From Vicugna vicugna (lineage: Eukaryota): a stretch of 64,000 nt of DNA. Both the position numbers and the translations under genes were made by a program. Below, piece by piece: positions 60,252-64,000 of the stretch. The notes under the pieces were generated by a model that was not told the DNA's origin, made no database searches, and was given only the letters and a program-made list of their open reading frames with translations. How positions within the stretch are numbered: position 1 is the stretch's first letter; each line of letters begins with the position of its first letter. The stretch lies in NCBI GenBank assembly GCA_013265495.1, contig MU058365.1:248001-312000 (forward strand), read 5' to 3'.

Positions 60252-61445
60252 TCAGCTGCATTTGAACAGACTACCTCAACCTTCCTGAAGTACTTTCTTC
60301 ACCTGGCTTCTGGAGCATCACGCTTTCCTGGTTCTCCTTCAGCCTCAGTGGCCACTCCATAGTTTCTTTTACTGCAACTTCTTTATCTTCCCTGTCTTCT
60401 AAATATTGATGAGTCCCAGAGCTCGATTCTTGGACCTCTCTTCTTTTCTCTCTATTCAATTCCTAGGTTACCTCAGCAAATCTCATTGCTTTGATCATCT
60501 TTATAGTGATGACGTCTAAATTTTATCTTAAGTCTCAGTCTTGTCTGAACTTCCACCTGGGCATACCTTATTTCCTGTGCTTTGTCTGGGTGTCCAATAG
60601 TGTCCCAAATGCAATAAAACCCCACCCTTTCCCCAGCCTTACTTATTTCAGGAAATAGTATTTCTGGTCACCTCTAGTCAATCGGAAATCTTGAAATCTT
60701 CCTTGACTCTCTTCTCTCACATCCCACATCCAACCCATGAGCAAATCCTGTCAGCTCTATCTCAGTGTAGACCAGAATCTGAGCATTTCTCATCACCTGT
60801 ACATGCTCTCACCATGGTCCAAGCCACGACCACCTCCTACCTTGATCTTTCTGCTTCCTCTGTGTGCCCCTACAATTTTTTCTCTACATAGCAATCAGAA
60901 TGATCCTTTTAAATTATTTCCCTGTTTTAAATTTTTTTAGTGGTTTTCCATCATAGTTAGAATAAAATCTAAAAATCCTTATTATATTTGGCCCCTGGCA
61001 ACTGTTCTGACTTTATCTCCTACCACCTTCCATCTTCTCATCTATTCCAGCCACAGCAGGCTATTCAGTATTCTTTGAGCAGGCCAAGCCTTCACACTTG
61101 CTGTTCTCTCTGCCCGAAATGTTCTTCACCTTGTTATGCACATGCTTGTTCCTTCATTTCATTCAGTTCTCTACCCAAATGCCAGCTCATCATAGGAACC
61201 TTTGTGACCGTGCAGTTTGTTACAGCACACTGTTCCCCATGTCCTGCCCTCCCTCAGTCCCTATTCTTTATTTTTCTTTTTCTTTTATAGTGTTTATCAC
61301 TACATAACATTTTTATACTTTTTATTTTTCTCCCCTTCTAAAAGGTCAGTTACATGAGAGCAAGGATTTTGTTTTTGTTCATTGCTGAATCTCTAGCACC
61401 TGGAATATTACCTGTGGCACTCGATGTTTGCTGAATGAATGAATT
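60252..61445 (+). mobile_element. L2 LINE fragment
   Basis: cttcacctggcttctggagcatcacgctttcctggttctcc body, ending gatgtttgctgaatgaatgaat (typical L2 tail). Confidence 0.65.
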
Positions 61446-61519
61446 ACCTTTTCTTCCATCAGATACACTGTTGTCTGACTGATACACATTTTAAAAAATC
61501 CTTGAAAAAAAGCAGTCTT

Positions 61520-64000
61520 TAAAAATTGTAGTAAAATACATATAACATAGTTTACCATCTTAACCGTTTTTAAGTGTGTAGTTCAGTGACATTAAGCACA
61601 TCCACGTTGTTCTGCTACCATCACCAGGACCCATCTCCAGAACTCCTTTCATCTCGGTTAACTGAAACTCTGTGGTCGTTAAACAATTCCTATTCCTCTC
61701 CTCCCCCCAGTCCCCAGAAAACCACTATTTTACTTTCTGTCTCTATGAGCCATCTTTTAACTAGCCACCAAAAGATACGTTTTGAACATTTGGGGAGTCA
61801 AACCACCCCCCAGGTTTCTTTTCATGAGTGCTTTTTGACAGCTGCCCTGGGGTTAATTCTGTGCTAGGTACAGCGGGGGCACACACGTGGTGTCCTCTAC
61901 AGGTCTGCTCTGCTGTAGCTGGGAACTGCCTGTGTCTTACTACAGGTAATCATTCGGTATCTTGTTACTATGTTCTGACATTGAAAACAGATAAGAGTTT
62001 GGTTATGAGTTTTATTTTTAATAGCCATTTTCTGCTTTCCTCTTCTTTTTGTATGATCATTCAAACTGATAGGAGAATATACATTTTTAGGTGAAATTCA
62101 CGTAACATAAAATTAACCATTTTAAAGTGAGTTCAAATTTGACACAACATTGTAAAATGACTGTAACTCAATAAAAAGATGTTAAAAAAATAAAAATAAA
62201 GTGAGAAGTTCAGAGGCATTTAGGGTATTCACAATGTTGATACAACCTCTACTTCTACCTAGTTTACAAACATTTACATCACTCCAAAAGAAAATCCTAT
62301 ATTCATTAAGCAGTTGCTCCCTGTTCCTTCTTCCCCCAAGCCAGTGGCAACCACCAATCTGTGTTCTGTCTCTATGGATTTACCTACTCTGGATATTTCA
62401 TATAAATGAAATCATACAATATGCGACCACCTGTGTTTGGTTTATTTCACTTAGTGTAATGTTTTTCAGGTTCATCTACATGGTAGCATGTGTATCCGAA
62501 CTTCATTCCTTTTTATGGCTAAATAATATTCCATTGTATGTATATACCACAATTTGTTTATCCGTTCATCTTTGCTGATAGGCATTTGGGCTGTTTCTAC
62601 CTTTGGCTGTTGTGAATAGTGCTGCTTTGAACATACATGTACATGTATTTGTTTTTTTCCTGTTTTGTTTATTTGTTTTTAGTGTGTTTTTTAATTGAAA
62701 TTTTATTGATTTAATTCTAGATTCACATGTAGTTTTAAGAAACAATACAGAGTGCCTGGTTTCCCCGGGAGTCTTTTGTAAAACAGTAGTATAATAACAC
62801 AACCAGGATATTGATGACATTGATACGCTCCACCTGTCTTATTCAGATTTCCCCTGTTTTACTTGCACTCATTTGTGTGTGTGTTTGTAGGTTTGTGTAA
62901 TTTATCATTACAGTCAAGATACTGAGCAACTCCAACATCATAACAATATCTCCTGTTTCCTTTTAAAAACTCCCCCTCTACTGTGCCTTAACAATTTTCC
63001 TAACCCCCAGCAATCATTAATCTGTTCTCTATTTCTAAAATTTGTCTTTTCAAAACGTTATATAAATAGAATCATACAGTATGTAACTTTTTGGGATTGG
63101 CTTTTTTCACTCAGCATAATTCCCTGTAGATTCATCCAAGTTGTTTTGTGTAGTGACAGTTTGTTCCTTTCTATTGGATTGTTTTAAAGATCCCCAGGTG
63201 GTTTCTTAGACTCATAGACATAGAATACAAACTTGTGGTTGCCAAGGGGGCGGATGGTGGGAAGGGATAGACGGGATTTCAAAATTGTAGAATAGATAAA
63301 CAAGATTATACTGTATAGCACAGGGAAATATGCACAAGATCTTATGGTAGCTCACAGAGAAAAAAATGTGACAATGAATATATATATGTTCATGTATGAC
63401 TGAAAAATTGTGCTCTACACTGGAATTTGACACAACATTGTAAAATGATAATAAATCAATAAAAAATTAAAAAAAAAAGATCCCCAGGTGATTTCTATGT
63501 GCAGCAAGGTTTAGAAACCACTGGCTTCATTTATTAGCCATATAGTTTAGAGATTCTTCCAGTCATCTATTTACTTCTCAGGATTAATTAGATGACCTTC
63601 TAGTAATTCATTTTAGTTAGTTGAAAAAAAGATACTATATACATATAAGATATGACTGTAATCATTATTATTACTGTCATTTAGATTGTAAGGAAGCCAT
63701 TTTTAAAGTAAAATATACCTAACATAAAATTTACCTTTTTAACCATTTTTAAGTGTGCAGTTCAGTGACATTAAGTACATTCACATTGATACACTACCAT
63801 CACCACCATCCATCTCCAGAACTTTTTTCATCTTCCCAAACTGAAATTCCATATTCATTGCATCCTTCCCTGCAGCCCCTGGCAACTACCATTCTACTTT
63901 CTGTCTCTATGAATTTGACTACTCTTGGTACGTTATATAAGTGGAATCACACAGTATTTGTCCTTTTCTGAGTGACTTATTTCAATTAGCATGATGTCTT
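61520..64000 (-). mobile_element. Cluster of old antisense L1 3' fragments (about 61520-61745, 62085-63180, 63705-64000)
   Basis: Repeated ttaaccattttt(a)agtg...agttcag...cattaag and accattctactttctgtctctatg motifs. Confidence 0.7.
63207..63478 (+). mobile_element. Young 5'-truncated L1 3' end (camelid-type)
   Basis: AATAAA plus A tail, perfect TSD aaagatccccaggtg at 63186-63200 and 63476-63490, inserted in a MER5-like remnant. Confidence 0.85.

Noticed and set aside
1..64000. CRISPR arrays, operons, rRNA, snoRNA/miRNA genes or a novel multi-gene system
   Set aside because: Sequence is explained by three known spliced genes plus interspersed repeats; no regular repeat-spacer array or convincing box C/D, H/ACA or pre-miRNA structure was seen by eye. 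An Infernal/Rfam scan would be the proper test.

Overview
Mammalian genomic DNA containing three multi-exon genes, all on the + strand and in the same order as human 17q22. SEPTIN4 is present from two alternative first coding exons through its poly(A) signal and keeps an intact ARTS-type intron-retention C-terminus. MTMR4 is complete, with two alternative starts. HSF5 has coding exons 1-5 here; its last exon was not found and probably lies beyond the window. Exon/intron structures were read directly from GT-AG boundaries and join in frame (SEPTIN4 477 aa, ARTS-type 273 aa, MTMR4 1196/1210 aa). tRNA-Ala-derived SINEs and a young L1 3' end suggest a camelid source (inference). The left ~37 kb is GC-rich with four promoter CpG islands; the HSF5 introns are AT-rich and repeat-dense. 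I see no wholly new biological system. The best second-look items are the ARTS tail, an AUGA-overlapping uORF on MTMR4 exon 1B, a 15-Gly tract in the HSF5 DNA-binding domain, two local GC/CpG spikes in coding regions, CTCF-like and paired NF-Y motifs, and a few oddly structured retro-insertions. Comparisons with human proteins and repeat-family names are from recall, not from a search.
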